Under the pieces are notes generated by a model. That model worked only from the letters and a program-made list of their open reading frames with translations. It made no database searches and had not been told where the DNA came from. Made by a program: the position numbers and the translations under genes. From Albugo candida (taxonomy: Eukaryota): DNA of 64,000 nt. Positions 41,777 through 55,063 of the stretch are shown piece by piece (within the stretch, counting starts at the first letter, position 1; every line of letters starts with the position of its first letter). The stretch spans positions 62,001-126,000 of the forward strand of contig JBDOQK010000069.1 of the NCBI GenBank assembly GCA_040437565.1. The letters are read 5' to 3'.

Positions 41777-41931
41777 CTCAGTCAAACTCCCCACCTGACG
41801 ATGTCTTCCACGTAGTTCACCCGTACAAAAGCACAGGCTTATATCTAGAACTAGGCACCCGTGAAGATGGCTAGACACTATTTCATGGTATAAGTAAGAC
41901 GACATTAAAAGTAGTGGTATTTCACTGTCGG
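41777..41931 (-). rRNA. 28S (LSU) rRNA gene fragment, domain V, ending at H80/P-loop; diverged
   Basis: Reverse complement reads GTGAAATACCACTACTTTTAATGTCGTCTTACTTAT...GAAGACATCGTCAGGTGGGGAGTTTGACTGAG, matching two conserved eukaryotic LSU blocks with a variable segment between; runs into a gap. Confidence 0.9.
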
Positions 41932-42031
41932 NNNNNNNNNNNNNNNNNNNNNNNNNNNNNNNNNNNNNNNNNNNNNNNNNNNNNNNNNNNNNNNNNNNNN
42001 NNNNNNNNNNNNNNNNNNNNNNNNNNNNNNN

Positions 42032-42619
42032 CAACTTAGTACTTTCAACACCAGTTTCTCAGCGATATGGTTCTCACAATATCCTTCGCGTACTCAACGT
42101 CTACCGCTGCGTCATTCTCCGAACTTTATGGCTTACCCGCAATGACGCTATTTTCAAGCATCAAGTCGCGTGTCCTACCCAACTCTACAGTATTGGAAGG
42201 TGCTACCTTATCGCCCACATGCGTCGACTCAAACAAGTTTCGTGTACCAACATTGGGCTTGTGCTTTGAGTGATTATTGCCTAGCACCCGTCTTACCGAT
42301 GCACTTACCAACGATGATTTCCCCGCACTTAGCGCTGCCACTATAGACTTCGTCAAACTCGACTTCACTAATATCGGATTCGTCACTCTTGCTTCCATCG
42401 ACTTTGCTTTTACCATTTTGGTTTAATCAACATTGGAGTAGCGTGATAGAGAGTACACTACTGTAATCCTTTTGTCATAGGCGACTGGATGGGTGTCACA
42501 ATGGTACCATCACTCAATAAAATGCTGGGGGGTTAGTGCTACCGAACTTACGCGCATAACAGCAGGACGTTGCACCAATAGTATTAGTTATTTTTATTAG
42601 GTGTAATGAAATTTGACAA
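42032..42619 (+). mobile_element. Family Y LINE Y0 (3' end only)
   Basis: YGSHNILRVLNVYRCVILRTLWLTRNDAIF matches Y2 YGTHNILRFLNVFLCIRLRALWLART; ends GTGTAATGAAATTTGACAA. Confidence 0.85.
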
Positions 42620-42636
42620 ACCAGAATTGCCCTCCA
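42620..42636 (-). repeat. 18S rRNA-derived target duplication ACCAGAATTGCCCTCCA
   Basis: 16/17 match to the reverse complement of SSU TGGAGGGCAAGTCTGGT. Confidence 0.8.
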
Positions 42637-45600
42637 GACTTTCGAATTTGCTCTCTAGTATGGAAGTGGCATACACATCGTACTTCTAGGATTCAATCAG
42701 CAACCAGCAATCACGCAGATTTTGCGTGTCTTATCAGCTTTCAGCTACCCATTCCGTCCTCCACACAGTCCTTCCCTTCAGCTCTAGATCAACTTCGTCC
42801 TTCCCATTACCAACTTTCTCAACAGCGGTCTTTACCCTCGGTTTTCTCCTTGGATCTTCCCGTGGACCAGCTTCGAAAAACATGAGTACCGGCCTTTCCT
42901 TCTTCGGAAGAATTCGACCAAACCTTTCCTTCTTTGTTAGAAGCTCAAGTCAGCCTTTCCTTCTACGGAAGCATACAACCAAGCCTTTCCTTCCTCGGTA
43001 GAAGCGCATGTCAGCCTCTCCGTTCTCACGAAAAATTTGAAGTCCTACTTTATCGATCTTTCCTTCTTTGGGGGAAGTAGAAGCCAGTCTTTCCCGTCCT
43101 TTCCTTTTGAGAAAGAACAGTAGAAACCAACCCTCACAATCTTTCCGTTTTCATTTTTACCGTCTTTCGATCCCCCTTTGAATCAGAAGTGCTCCCTGCC
43201 GATTATCGGGTCCAATATGGCACCTAAAACGGCCAAGAACATCCCGTCAAACATTCGAATCGAATGACCCACGGCAAATGTCGGGAAGATAACCCCTAAT
43301 GTGGCAGTCATAATTCCAACGAATCATCTTTTTTTCAAGCTCTTAGCGGTGCATATGACTCTAATGCTTCTGAAGACACCATCAAAGCCCTCGAATTACA
43401 TGAAGTGGACAAATCATCAGTCGACCCAAGCCTAAAGGTCGAGCTTTTCATCCCCGCCCGAAAACTCACAACAATCTTCAGCCTAGAAGATGTTCTCGCT
43501 TCACTACACCGGGAGAACCAAACCGACGTTTGGACAGCTTCACTTCCCCAAGTTTGCGACTTCGTGTGTGTACGAGGTCGCGGCATCAAGTTTCACTGCA
43601 ATGATCGGGACATTGCGATCAAACTTGATGGTTCCGCTATACGCTGCTTGGGCAAGCAGCTTCAATTTAACCATCCCGTAATATGGTGAATGGTACTAGA
43701 TAATTGACCTTCGCAACGTCCCCATTGGTGTTTGTGACGAAGAGATTTTCAATTACTTCAAAACTTTCAACATGCAATTAGGTATTGCACCTTACGTACA
43801 CCAAGGACCCCTTCAATCCCGTGACCGTACTATATGCTTCCGCTTCAAGCAAGCATCCGTAGATTTATTTTCCACCTCAGATCAACCTCTTCAAGAAATA
43901 TCCTTTCCTGGACATGAACATCCGGTGTTTGTTCATCACAAGCACCGAACACTCAGCAAAGTTACCCAACCGTCTCTTGCGGCCAAACAAGCATCAATAA
44001 AGAAGCAATCCAACCATTTCGCCTTGGACACTGTTTCAGCATCACAACAAGCCTCTATGGCCCTCCAAACTACGGCTCCACAAGAGCCACCTATGACTTT
44101 CGTGAAGCCTTCCAATTCTGCATCATGAACGATTAGATTACCGTCTCTCATCAACTTGCCTGTAGGGATCCACCGACCCCTACTGCGGCACAGCACGTCG
44201 ACATTGCGGAAGAGCACCAGGACAATCGCGTCTCATCCGTCTTTATATTAAACACAACAACTCGCGTTTCATCCTTTGGATGATGAAAATGATGGGGAAC
44301 CGATCACTCGCGACATCACGTTGAACAACACATCAGTGCGGGGATATCCCCTTTAATTTTCCGATACGATATCAAGCATGATGAAACGATTTTGTATGCT
44401 GCGATCCCTGNNNNNNNNNNNNNNNNNNNNNNNNNNNNNNNNNNNNNNNNNNNNNNNNNNNNNNNNNNNNNNNNNNNNNNNNNNNNNNNNNNNNNNNNNN
44501 NNNNNNNNNNCACAGCACGTCGACATTGCGGAAGAGCACCAGGACAATCGCGTCTCATCCGTCTTTATATTAAACAAAACAACTCGCGTTTCATCCTTTG
44601 GATGATGAAAATGATGGGGAACCGATCACTCGCGACATCACGTTGAACAACACATCAGTGCGGGGATATCCCCTTTATCCTTCCGATACGATATCAAGCA
44701 TGATGAAACGACTTTGTATGCTGCGATCCCTGAAGTGACATCTCGTCGTACTGGGGTGCGCAGGCATATCAAAAGGACACCAGGCTCTCTTCACTGATGA
44801 AGCGGAACTTGAAACACGATTGGCAATAATTGTGGCTCAACCGTCTGCCATAGCTCCGGCTCTTTTGGAGCCTTACACGACTTTCCAGCCACATCACCGA
44901 ACACGCCGTCATGCGCGCTGCTAGCGCAGCACCGGACAATCCTTTTGGTGGTTCCGACACTCTTATGGACCGACTCCAAAAACGTTATTTGCAGAGATTC
45001 CGCCCCATAGTGCACTACTTGCCGCCATTCTTCCGACTCATGACGATCAACCTACGGCCAATGCTCTCGCATTATTCGACCTTTATCTTCGGTCTTACGC
45101 GGCTTCCATTTATATGGATCCACTTCAGATCGCCACATTGGCAGAGACCCACAATCCAAGTCGGATTTGGCACTCTCACTTTCTACTCCGGGATGATCTC
45201 ACTATAATGGCATTAGCGAGTTCATCTTTTGGTAGTAACCTCATCGAGAAAGCACCCCTCCCCCATCAACATACCTATCGGGGTGGTCGCTTGTATTGCA
45301 TCCAATAACGAGTCAATGGATGAAGCGGGTTCATCTTCCTACGACTCCGATTAAACAACGAACTCTTTGCAGGATCCGTACCGTTAATCAGCTTTGGTTA
45401 CTTAATAGGATCTCCATCAATATCCATGGCCTCAACAACTTTCGCCCCAAGTTATCCCTACCCTCCTTTCACGCTACCAGTTAATCGCACTTCAAGAAAC
45501 ACGATTCAGCAATGACGACGGACCGCCGCAAGAACGATCACTTTATCTCGAGTGTGGATGCTCATGCCCACGCTTATTGGTCATCAACGTCTATCCCAAA

Positions 45601-48600
45601 CGGCTATGTCCGCAAGGGAGTAGAACTTCCTCTGTCTTCTTCTCACCCCTTTGTCCTAGTGACCAACATCACCGACAAACACATCCCAAATCATTCCATG
45701 ATCGACACTTGCTTATGGAAACCTCTCTACAGCATCACCGATTTTGCATCATGTGCTATACACTCCGGTTCAACTTTTAGATCGTACTTCGTTTTACACA
45801 TCCCTCCCTGTGAACTTTCCTACCTACATCCAACGTATCGTCATGAGGGACTTTACCGTCCCATTAGACCCTTTCGTCGATTCCAGCAAATCGATTCATA
45901 GTAAGAATAATACCAATGGACATTGCAGTTGGGCCTTATCGATGCTTGGCGTACAGCGCATCCTACCAGCAAGGAAGACACGGATCCTGGTCGCCAGAAT
46001 CGTCTCGACTACTGCTTCCTCTCGTCCGTGCTGTTTCATGATTACCTCACAAGCATTAGATACGATCATGCCAACAAGTATCAACGTGCCGACCATCTTC
46101 CGGACACACTCCGTCTCCAATATCCAGATTTTCCCAAGCAGTCCAAACTTCCTTGGAAGTGTCCACCTTGTCTATTCAAAATACTGGAGATCGAACAATC
46201 CCTCAAAGCCTTTCTCCGCGTTCAAGTCCGCCTTCGCAATGAAAATTTCGATAATTCTGCGCGCGATATATGACGAACATAAGCGCGATGAATTACGTAA
46301 TCTGCGCTACATGTTTCGCCGCATGACGACAAAGTGTACCGAGGAAGTCCAGCAAGCGAGGAATCGACTCTGCAATCTCAAACATGAAATTGCGACGAAT
46401 CCTTCATCAGTTCGTTCTAGGGAGATAGACACGCTTTTCCATCAGCTTTCGACATTGGAAGAAGTCAGTAGCAAGTCAAGTGCACGGGAGCACTTCGATC
46501 GAGATATCAATCACAGCGAGCGTTCTTCGAAGTTCTTCTTTCGTCCTCCAACACCGATCCTTCGCCGGGTATGCATTCCGTTTATACTACGTGCGGATGG
46601 AACACTTACAACGGAAACCAAGGAAATGCCTCAAGCTCACAACACTTATTGGGCAGATATTTTGCAGTCTCCATCCAAAGAGTATCGTTACACCCAAGGG
46701 AAATACGATACTGAGGCCATGCAAGATCTACTCCAACACACCACAGCATAACTCTCTCCGATTGGTCATGTTTACGTGGATTCCCCTTTCACAGCAAGGG
46801 ATTCTTACTGGGCGATCCGATCGACTGACCGATCCAAAGCACCTGGTTATGACAGACTTCCGATAGAGTACTATCAGCTGTGCTTCCGACTAGGCGCAAG
46901 TGGTGGAACTTGCTCATCCTGCCCAACTCTCAGAGAGTAGAATGACAAAATTTCAATGCCGTGCTTCCATCACCCTTTTCTACAAAAAAGGCGATCGATC
47001 CTAGCAAGTAATTACCGACCTATCACACTATTGAATCATGACGCGAAGCTTGGGCCGAACATACTGGCACATCGATTGAAACGCATCCAACCAAGACTTT
47101 CACATCCCGATCAAAATGGTTCAGGTCAATTCCGATCTATCAGACAAGCCCTAATCTGCTTTCAAGACCTACAAACGCTTTGTCGACAGAAGTTTGCTAC
47201 TGCCTGCGTGGTGTTATTGGACCTCACGAAAGCTTCGACAGCTTTGTATGGCCTGCATTACATATCCTACTTCGACACTTTGGTTTCGACTCGCCTTTCC
47301 GTGCTTGGATCGACATGTTTTACGAACATAACCTCATCACCATCATGGTGAATGGCCATGCAAGCTCTTTCTTTCAGTTAGGCAGAGGATCTCGCCAAGG
47401 CGACCCCCTATTATCGTCACTGATTGTTCTGATTCTAGAACCAATGTTGTGATATCTTCGAGCTACAACAGGACATCTTGGGATACCAGTCCAACATGAT
47501 TCCGACAAGCAACATCTTTCAACTTTTGCTGATGACGTCACTGGTCTTCTTCGTAACATCGATGACACACCAACCTTTTACCGGCATGTCCAGCACAACG
47601 CGTAAGCTGTCGACCTTCAACTCAATACCATCAAGACTCAAGTGATCACCATTCAACCTACTGTCCACCGAAATCTCGACAATACCGAGTATCCAACCTC
47701 ACCGATCCTGGAATCAGTTTCGTTTCTTGGCGTCCTGCAGCATGCCGAGCACGCCACTACACATCGCTTTTCTTTCATTTTTACCGGCCTTTCATTCATG
47801 ACAGCTATTGTGGAAGTTTCAAGCACGTACGTTGCGCAGTAGAGCAGTACTTCTACGTTCTATTGTGCTTCCACTGAGATGGTATCCCGCAACGGTCACC
47901 CCAATACCCACCAACATTGGCTTCAGTTTGAAATCTGTCCAAAGCCTTCCTTTTACAGCAACCCCTCGACCTCACAAAAGCCTTATGCGGCCCGATGGCA
48001 GAATATGAATTGACGAGGCTGACATCACAAGGTAGATTATTATTCCCTTGCCTCAACAGCTTCTCACGTGCAATGCATCTCTATACCTTACGTGATGGTC
48101 TTCGGGAGTGCGCGTCACTTAGATGGTTGATTGCAGCACTACACTGAATCATTACAGCAATAAAAGATACGGGTATTGTATTGAACATGCTTTACTCGCC
48201 AATCCATTTTTTTTACTTGTCCCAACCACGATGGCAATCCCATGGATTGCTTTGGTATTCAATACTACAACAGTGGTATCGACTACTACAAGGCCCAAGT
48301 AACACCACCTCACACGACTTCGTGACTTACAGGCACTACTTTGGCGCCATTACAAAAGGGTTTCTGGTCCTTCAAAGCGTCCATGGTAATATGCATTAAG
48401 CCATTGTCAATGGTTATATCGATATGGTTATCAACAACTCTCTTACATCATCGCCTTACATGGATCACGGCCAACCTCGGTATTGTCAAAGAATCTTTTC
48501 CCCGCCAACATCTTCCATCGAAAACGGAACCAATGGGCAACCGCAAATGTCTTAGCTAGACGCTTTGACGAACTCGTCCTGGTTCATGCCTCCATTCCCC

Positions 48601-49519
48601 ATGGACCCTTTCTCCCGCAACATATCGCCGCCGCCTTTCTACCCTGGAGTTTCAAGGACAAGCGGTTCACCACGCTCCAGAATGCAGACATATATCTACT
48701 CCTTCATGTTTCAGCCGAATAAAGGAATTTACCCCGACAAAGCATTCGAAGAAATAGCGCCTTCAAACTGGCTCCAGATGTGGAAGCCGGAGCGTCATTT
48801 TGACCTTGATGTACTCTCCATTTATTCCGACCTAAGATTTCGATTACAACCCACGGTCTACGACTAGGTCACAAACATTGGTATCATACCCTGGATGTTA
48901 ATTGCGTCTGTCATTGTCCGGCAGTGGAAACGGCAAAGTACTTGTTTTGGTACTGCCCCACACCACATACTGTTTGGGAAGCAGCACTACGCCCACCTCG
49001 ACACCATTTCCAGACACCGCTACAATGGTCTACCGTGCTTTATTGGAGCGCTTTGCACCTCGGCACCGAAGCTGGCACACACAACCTTCTCCGGATAATC
49101 AACGTGATTCGCAGCGCTGTACTCAAGACTTTTTGGAAGGAGCGCAACAACACCGTCTTTCGAACCAACACTGCTACAAACACTCATGACCCCAATAACC
49201 TTGGAATATCGGTCTCTCGACAAGCATCCTATCAAATCAAAGCCCAACTTCAACGACTTCGACGTATCGATGCATTAAACACCCGGCTATTAAGGCTTTG
49301 TGCGCTCTACATCGACACAAGGCAGTCTGCTACTTTTAACATCCCACAACAACAGCTTTATCACCCAACTCCCCAAAGATCCCGTTCTGCGGTTATGTCT
49401 TGCTCCGATCCAGCTCGTGCTTAGCACATACTTTAGGGCAGAGACTCGAAGGATTACTCTCAGTTAAGGGTTGTTAAAGTCAGTATGATACATAAAGAGT
49501 GTAATGAAATCTTTGACAA
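42637..49519 (+). mobile_element. Family Y LINE Y1 (full length, decayed ORF1 from ~43217 and ORF2 to ~49424)
   Basis: ORF1 LFIPARKL...RGRGIKFHC...VFVHHKHR; APE INIHGLN, ALQET, RQNRLDYC; RT NYRPITLLNHDAKLGP, GSRQGDPL, FADDVTG; C-terminal CVCHCPAVETAKYLFWYC. Confidence 0.92.
42890..43100 (+). repeat. ~30-bp-period GCCTTTCCTTC(T/C)T repeats in the Y 5' UTR (also 52855-53030)
   Basis: Copies near 42892, 42923, 42953 and 42983, and several in the Y2 UTR. Confidence 0.7.
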
Positions 49520-49536
49520 ACCAAACTTGCCCTCCA
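49520..49536 (-). repeat. 18S rRNA-derived target duplication ACCAAACTTGCCCTCCA
   Basis: 16/17 match to the SSU antisense motif, at the Y1/Y2 junction. Confidence 0.8.
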
Positions 49537-49926
49537 CTTTTGAAGTTTCTCTCTAGTGAGCAAGTGATTTTCACACAATACTAATAAGAGCCAATCAGCA
49601 ACCCCTCTTCACGCCCAATCTGCGTATTTTTATAGTCTTTCCGACCACCTTCCCAACCTTTCCCAACTTTTTTCCAACCCAGAAGCCCGTCCTTACAAGC
49701 ATTTTGTCTATGGAAGCTTTCGACGCCAGCTTTTCCGGACTTTTCTTCTTTGGAAGCACTCGACACCATTTTATAACCGCCTTCATTCTCCAAGAAACGC
49801 AGCCGCCCACACGTACCAGCCATTCTTTCTTCAAGAGAAAAATCAGCTACACTTTCCCCCGACTTTCCATCCTCAAGAACAGCATCATGCCACCTTACCA
49901 GCCTTACCTTTCCCTGGGGCAAGAAC

Positions 49927-52754
49927 TGTTAGTTTTAGGTCAAAAGAGGAAGTATACTATCAAGTTTAACAGTCTCCTACGGGCCACTGATCACGACCTC
50001 TCGAATTATGTGTCATACCTCATAGTCGTCGTTTCGGATGTCGTGTGTACTGCACACTCGGTGCTTCAACTACAGTGTACGTTTCAACACTCCCACTCAA
50101 TGTAGCTGCCCGCTGTCTGGATACCCATTGCATCACGAATGAAATGTATTCGTTTTGTCCCCAGTGCTTTCGTCAGAATGTCCGCTAGTTGGTACTTCGT
50201 TTTCTTGTACATCACTTTTATCAACTCTGTCGTTATCTTCTCACGGATAAAGTGATAGCGGATATCTACATGCTTCGTCCGTGCGTGATATCCTGGATTC
50301 GTGGCAAGTGCAATAGCTCCTTGGTTATCTTCCCAAACAATTGTTGGATTCTTCTGTTCAAACCCCAGGTCGGAAAGCATTTCTCTTGCCCACAGTACGT
50401 CCTGTGTACACATGCTCATTGCCATGTACTCAGCTTCTGGGGTACTCAGAGCCACTGTACGTTGGTACTTCGACTTGAATGTGAATGGCCCCCAATTCAG
50501 TCGTGTTAATACACCACTCACAGACCTGCGGTCATCCAAGTTATTTCCCCAATCTGCATCATAGTATGCAGACAATTGGTTCGGAGTCCTATTGAAGATG
50601 TAGTGTATTCCGAATGTCGCCGTCGATTTTAAGTATCTTAACACTTTGATAGCTGCTTTCCAATGCTTCGATCCAGGGTTGGATGCAAACGGCCAAGTTG
50701 ACTCACAGCAAATGCCACATCCGGCCGTGTGCACGTTGCAACATACAGCAACCGCCCAATAAGTTGGCGATAGGGTGTGCGGTTCGTGAGTTCTTTACCT
50801 TCTTTCGTCGTCGGACTGTCCTTGTTTGAAAGTCTAGTGCCTGGATCACATGGATTCTCTACAGTACGATTATGATTCTGTTTGAATATTTCTGCGGTCG
50901 TTATAAATATTTCTTCTATGTGATCGACATGGCTCGCTTCTCTTGGTCGAAACTTATCTCCATACCCAGGGGGTATTTTACTGGCACAAGGTCTTTACTT
51001 TGAAATCGTTGTGAAATTTGAATTTTCACTTTGCTCACGGTCTCGCTTGATTTAGCTGCTACGATCATATCATCCACCTAAAGACACAAGTAAATCCATC
51101 CGTCACGACCCTTCTTCTTTTAGACGCATCGATCGGCACCACATGCTTCAAATTTCAGTTTTATCAATGGACTGTGAATGGTTGACCTCCACGCATGTGC
51201 TGCTTGCTTTAGTCCATATAAAGCACGGTTCAGCTTCAAAACATATTCTTTGCCAATGTTACGTCCCTTTGGTATATCCACGTAGACTTCTTGAATTTCT
51301 GCGTTCAAATACGCTGTGTCCACATCGATTTGTTCAATGATGTATCCAATTGCACAGCACGCTGATAGGAGTATTCTAATCGAGGTAATGCTCGCGACAG
51401 CAGCATAGGTCTCGAAGAAATCGACTCCGTGATATTGTAAAAATCCCGGCGCAACCAATCTCGCTTGGTAGCGCAGTGTCGGGCCTGTTTCCTTCTTGAC
51501 CCCGACCCACTTAGTTCCAATGGTCTTCATTCCTGGTTTTCGTTGCACAATTAACCACGAGTTGTTGCGCTTTTGTGCAACGAATTCGTTGTTGATTGCT
51601 TTAGCCCACTGGTCTTTTTCATCTCCGGTGGTTGTATCTTCGTACGCTCGTGGGATGTGACTTCTACCATCAACGACGTGTCGCTATCCAATCTAGATCT
51701 CTTGGATGGAGGTTCGTTATCATCTCTGTCACGTGTCTGAACATTGTTATTGTACACGACGATGCTGTTATCAATATGGCTGTCAGCACTATCAGCCTCA
51801 ATCATCATTATGGGCTGGTGTTCAATTTGTGCAATATCGTATTCATCTCTCCCACTGGTTCTGTCGGTAAGAAGACGTCGGTTCCGTTCCATATCGGGTC
51901 TTCGAGTTATCTCTTGTTGAATNNNNNNNNNNNNNNNNNNNNNNNNNNNNNNNNNNNNNNNNNNNNNNNNNNNNNNNNNNNNNNNNNNNNNNNNNNNNNN
52001 NNNNNNNNNNNNNNNNNNNNNNTGTTCCTTTAGCAACTTTTCTTTTACGTCCATCAGTGTTAGTCCAACTGAATTATCCAGTACTGTGACAAGTAGTTCG
52101 TATTCGGCAGGCAAGCTTCCTAGCGAAATAATGAGCTTCCTTCCTTCATCTATCGTTTCTACGACTGCTTCCATGCTCAATGTGAGCTCGTCAAACCGAT
52201 CTATATGGCTGGCGATATTGCTCCCCTCTTCCATGCGAAAAGCTCATGCCGTCTTCGTGTTAGAGCTATTCTGTTCTGAAGATTGCGCTTGTTGTAACAT
52301 TCCCCAAGTATATCCCATGCTTCCTTCGCTGTTCTCGCATGACGAATCTTTGCCGGATGCTCCACTTCGACTCCTTAGGCGATAATCGCGAACGCTTTCA
52401 TGTCTTTGACTCTCCAATCCGCATCCGACTCGTCCTCTGACTCCATTCCTATTATATGATTGAGTAGTCCCTTTCGTGCTAGAGTCATCTTCATGTTGAA
52501 TTCCCAATGGAAGTAGTTTCCGTTCCCGAGCAAGTCGTCAGGCTTCTTGATCTTGTCGCTGTTGCCACCAAAAGTTTTTGGGCTCATAACCTGTTAGTTT
52601 TCGGTGAAAAGAGGAAGTATATTATCAAGTTTAACTGTCTCCTACGGGCCACCAATCACGACCTCTCGATTTATGTGTCATACCTCATAGTCGTTATTTC
52701 GCATGTCGTGTGTACTGCGCACTCGGTGCTTCAACTACAGTGTACGTTTCAACA
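49927..52754 (-). mobile_element. Ty1/copia element with 163-bp LTRs (49927-50089; 52592-52754), TSD AGAAC
   Basis: Similar TG...CA LTRs; AGAAC at 49922-49926 and 52755-52759; PBS GGTTATGAGCCC; PPT TTGAGTGGGAG; gag NYFHWEFNMKM, RT QIDVDTAYLN/LYGLKQA, RNaseH YDADW/ALSTPEAEY/TKHVDIRYHF. Confidence 0.97.
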
Positions 52755-54059
52755 AGAACAAGTTCAGCTTCCCTTCCTTTCCTTCCTCAAGAAGAACCAG
52801 CTCACTTTACAAGCATCTTCCCTTTCAATAGAAGAACAAAGCCCTCTTCTACCAGCCTTTCCTTCTTCGGGAGAAGAATCAGTCCATCTTTATCAGCATT
52901 TCCATCTTCGAGAAAGCGAAGTCTGTTTTGACTCGCCTTTCCTTCCTCGGTAGAACCAGAAGTCCGGCTTTATTAGCCTTTCCTTCTTTGGAAACAACAG
53001 AGACCCGGCTTTTTAGCCTTTCCTTCTCTGCAGCAGTCACCTTCAGCCTGTACAAGCCGTTGCTTCTTCGGAAGATGTAGAAGCCCATCCTTATGGCTTC
53101 CACCAAACCGCAGTCTAGTGTCAACACATCTTGGCGCAACAGATTTCGTAACAATCACCCCCATAAAGTCCAATATGTCCCGAATGAAGACGTATTTCAA
53201 TCCATTGAAGATGCCGTAGCATTCAATGCTTCCGCCTCAACCTTTAAAATGCTAGCACTACGGGAAGTACGCAAACCCGCATCGATCTGTGCTACAAATT
53301 CGAAATATCTATTCCGGCCCCAAGGCTAACCACAATATTCCGCCTTGATGAGATGCTACTCTCGCAACATCTTGAAGCACAAACGGCCACTTGGTTATGG
53401 CCTTAGACTCTCATTGCTACTTTGTCATTATCAATGACAAAGGCTTCAAGTCCCCCTATCTGGACAAAACTGTCGCTCAGAAACTTGGCGGCACTGCCGT
53501 CCAATGCATGGGAAAGCACTTTGTGGTTCACCTTTATCGTCGATTTGGTGAATGGTACTTTGTTAAGCTCAACAAAATACCCATGGGTCTACCGAATGAC
53601 TCAATAGTTGATCACTTCCTCCCACTTGGTATTCCATTTTTCGTGACACCAAGCACAAAACCCGGCCTCATAGAATCCCGGGATCGGGTAGTTTGGTTCC
53701 GGTCCAAAACTGCAACAAAAAGGCTTTTTACGACAAGCCAGCAACCTTTACGGAAGATTTACTTCCCTGGCTTACCTGACCCAGTATATGTGCACCACAA
53801 ACATCGTGCATTCAACCAAGTCACCCCTCCCTCCATCATGGCAAAGAAGGCAGCGATCAAAGCCGCTAAAGGCTTCAAAACTTCGACAAACACACTTCGC
53901 CATATCGATCTCACAGCCCCGATCGCTCAAAAAAAAGTCACACCTTCTAACAACATCCCATCCTTGGTTTGCTCCACCATCAAAGACTCCTGCGACGCAT
54001 GGATTCAAGTCTCGAAGGATATATCAACTGCCGTAATCGCACTCCTTCCCCAGCATCAG

Positions 54060-55063
54060 TTGAAGGAGTCTATATTACTAGAGTTAGACTAACTGACTGC
54101 TCTAGCTGCCTAGGCTATCTTAATAACATATATACATATAAAAAAAGGTGAAAGGACTTTGAGAGATGATAATATGTCTTCTCGTTGATAATCCCGAAGC
54201 GCAGTAGCCTCAGCACCCTTAATACGAGACTGTGTCCAGCTTGTAAATGCTGTAAAGTTGTAAAGTTGTGAAAATGGTCCAAAAGTACCGTGGGTTTGCA
54301 TATTGGTGTGCGCCACACTACGGTGAGCATAACCAGCCAACTAGGACTAGGATCTGACTTGCACTTGCATTTTGACTTGTCTGGGCCGTACGCGCAGTAA
54401 TGATCTTCGGCTTCTGAAAAATCCACCAAATGATCCTTGCTTTACGAGTTGATCCAGCATCTTAGCAAGCCGACTGCGTTCGTCTTGGTCGTAACACTGT
54501 CTTCGAAAGTACCGAACGTGCGCACTAAACGTGGTGTAGATCACGGAAAGTGCTGGAACTGTCGGAGTTGCTGATCGATGATCGAATAAACGACGATTCC
54601 GATCTGTCCAGACGAAGTGCAGTGTCACNNNNNNNNNNNNNNNNNNNNNNNNNNNNNNNNNNNNNNNNNNNNNNNNNNNNNNNNNNNNNNNNNNNNNNNN
54701 NNNNNNNNNNNNNNNNNNNNNNNNNNNNCCGTGTGATCGCACTCTAGAAAGAGATGTTGATCGGATTCCACTGCCCCACACGAAGGCTGCGTGCACAATA
54801 TAATGTCGGACTGAATATCCTTCAAGAACCAGAAACGAGATCGAACTGGCAACATCCGAAAGGCTAGACGAAACTGTAAATCCTCGAAAATTGGTAATAC
54901 ACGTTTTCGAAGATGCCGTGATGTAGCCATAAAAGTTTGAACTCGTTCTGAATCCAGTGTTTCCGATCTCTCCCGTGATGACGAATACGTCGACATTGGA
55001 TGACTTGGTCGGTTCGGGAGGTTTCCAGACGATTGGTGAGAGTTGTGAGCGTGGAATAAATAG
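54060..55063 (-). mobile_element. 5'-truncated family A LINE with 16-bp TSD CCTTCCCCAGCATCAG
   Basis: TSD at 54044-54059 and 55064-55079; LQFRLAFRMLPV...CTQPSCGAVESDQHLFLEC; 3' UTR shared with 4050-4366; host ORF1 resumes after 55079. Confidence 0.92.

Noticed and set aside
40475-44733. Further repeats around gaps at 40614, 41424 and 44411 (also 26631)
   Set aside because: Same gap-flank pattern. The 44411 pair differs at a few bases and could be haplotypes, but this is not good evidence of a tandem repeat
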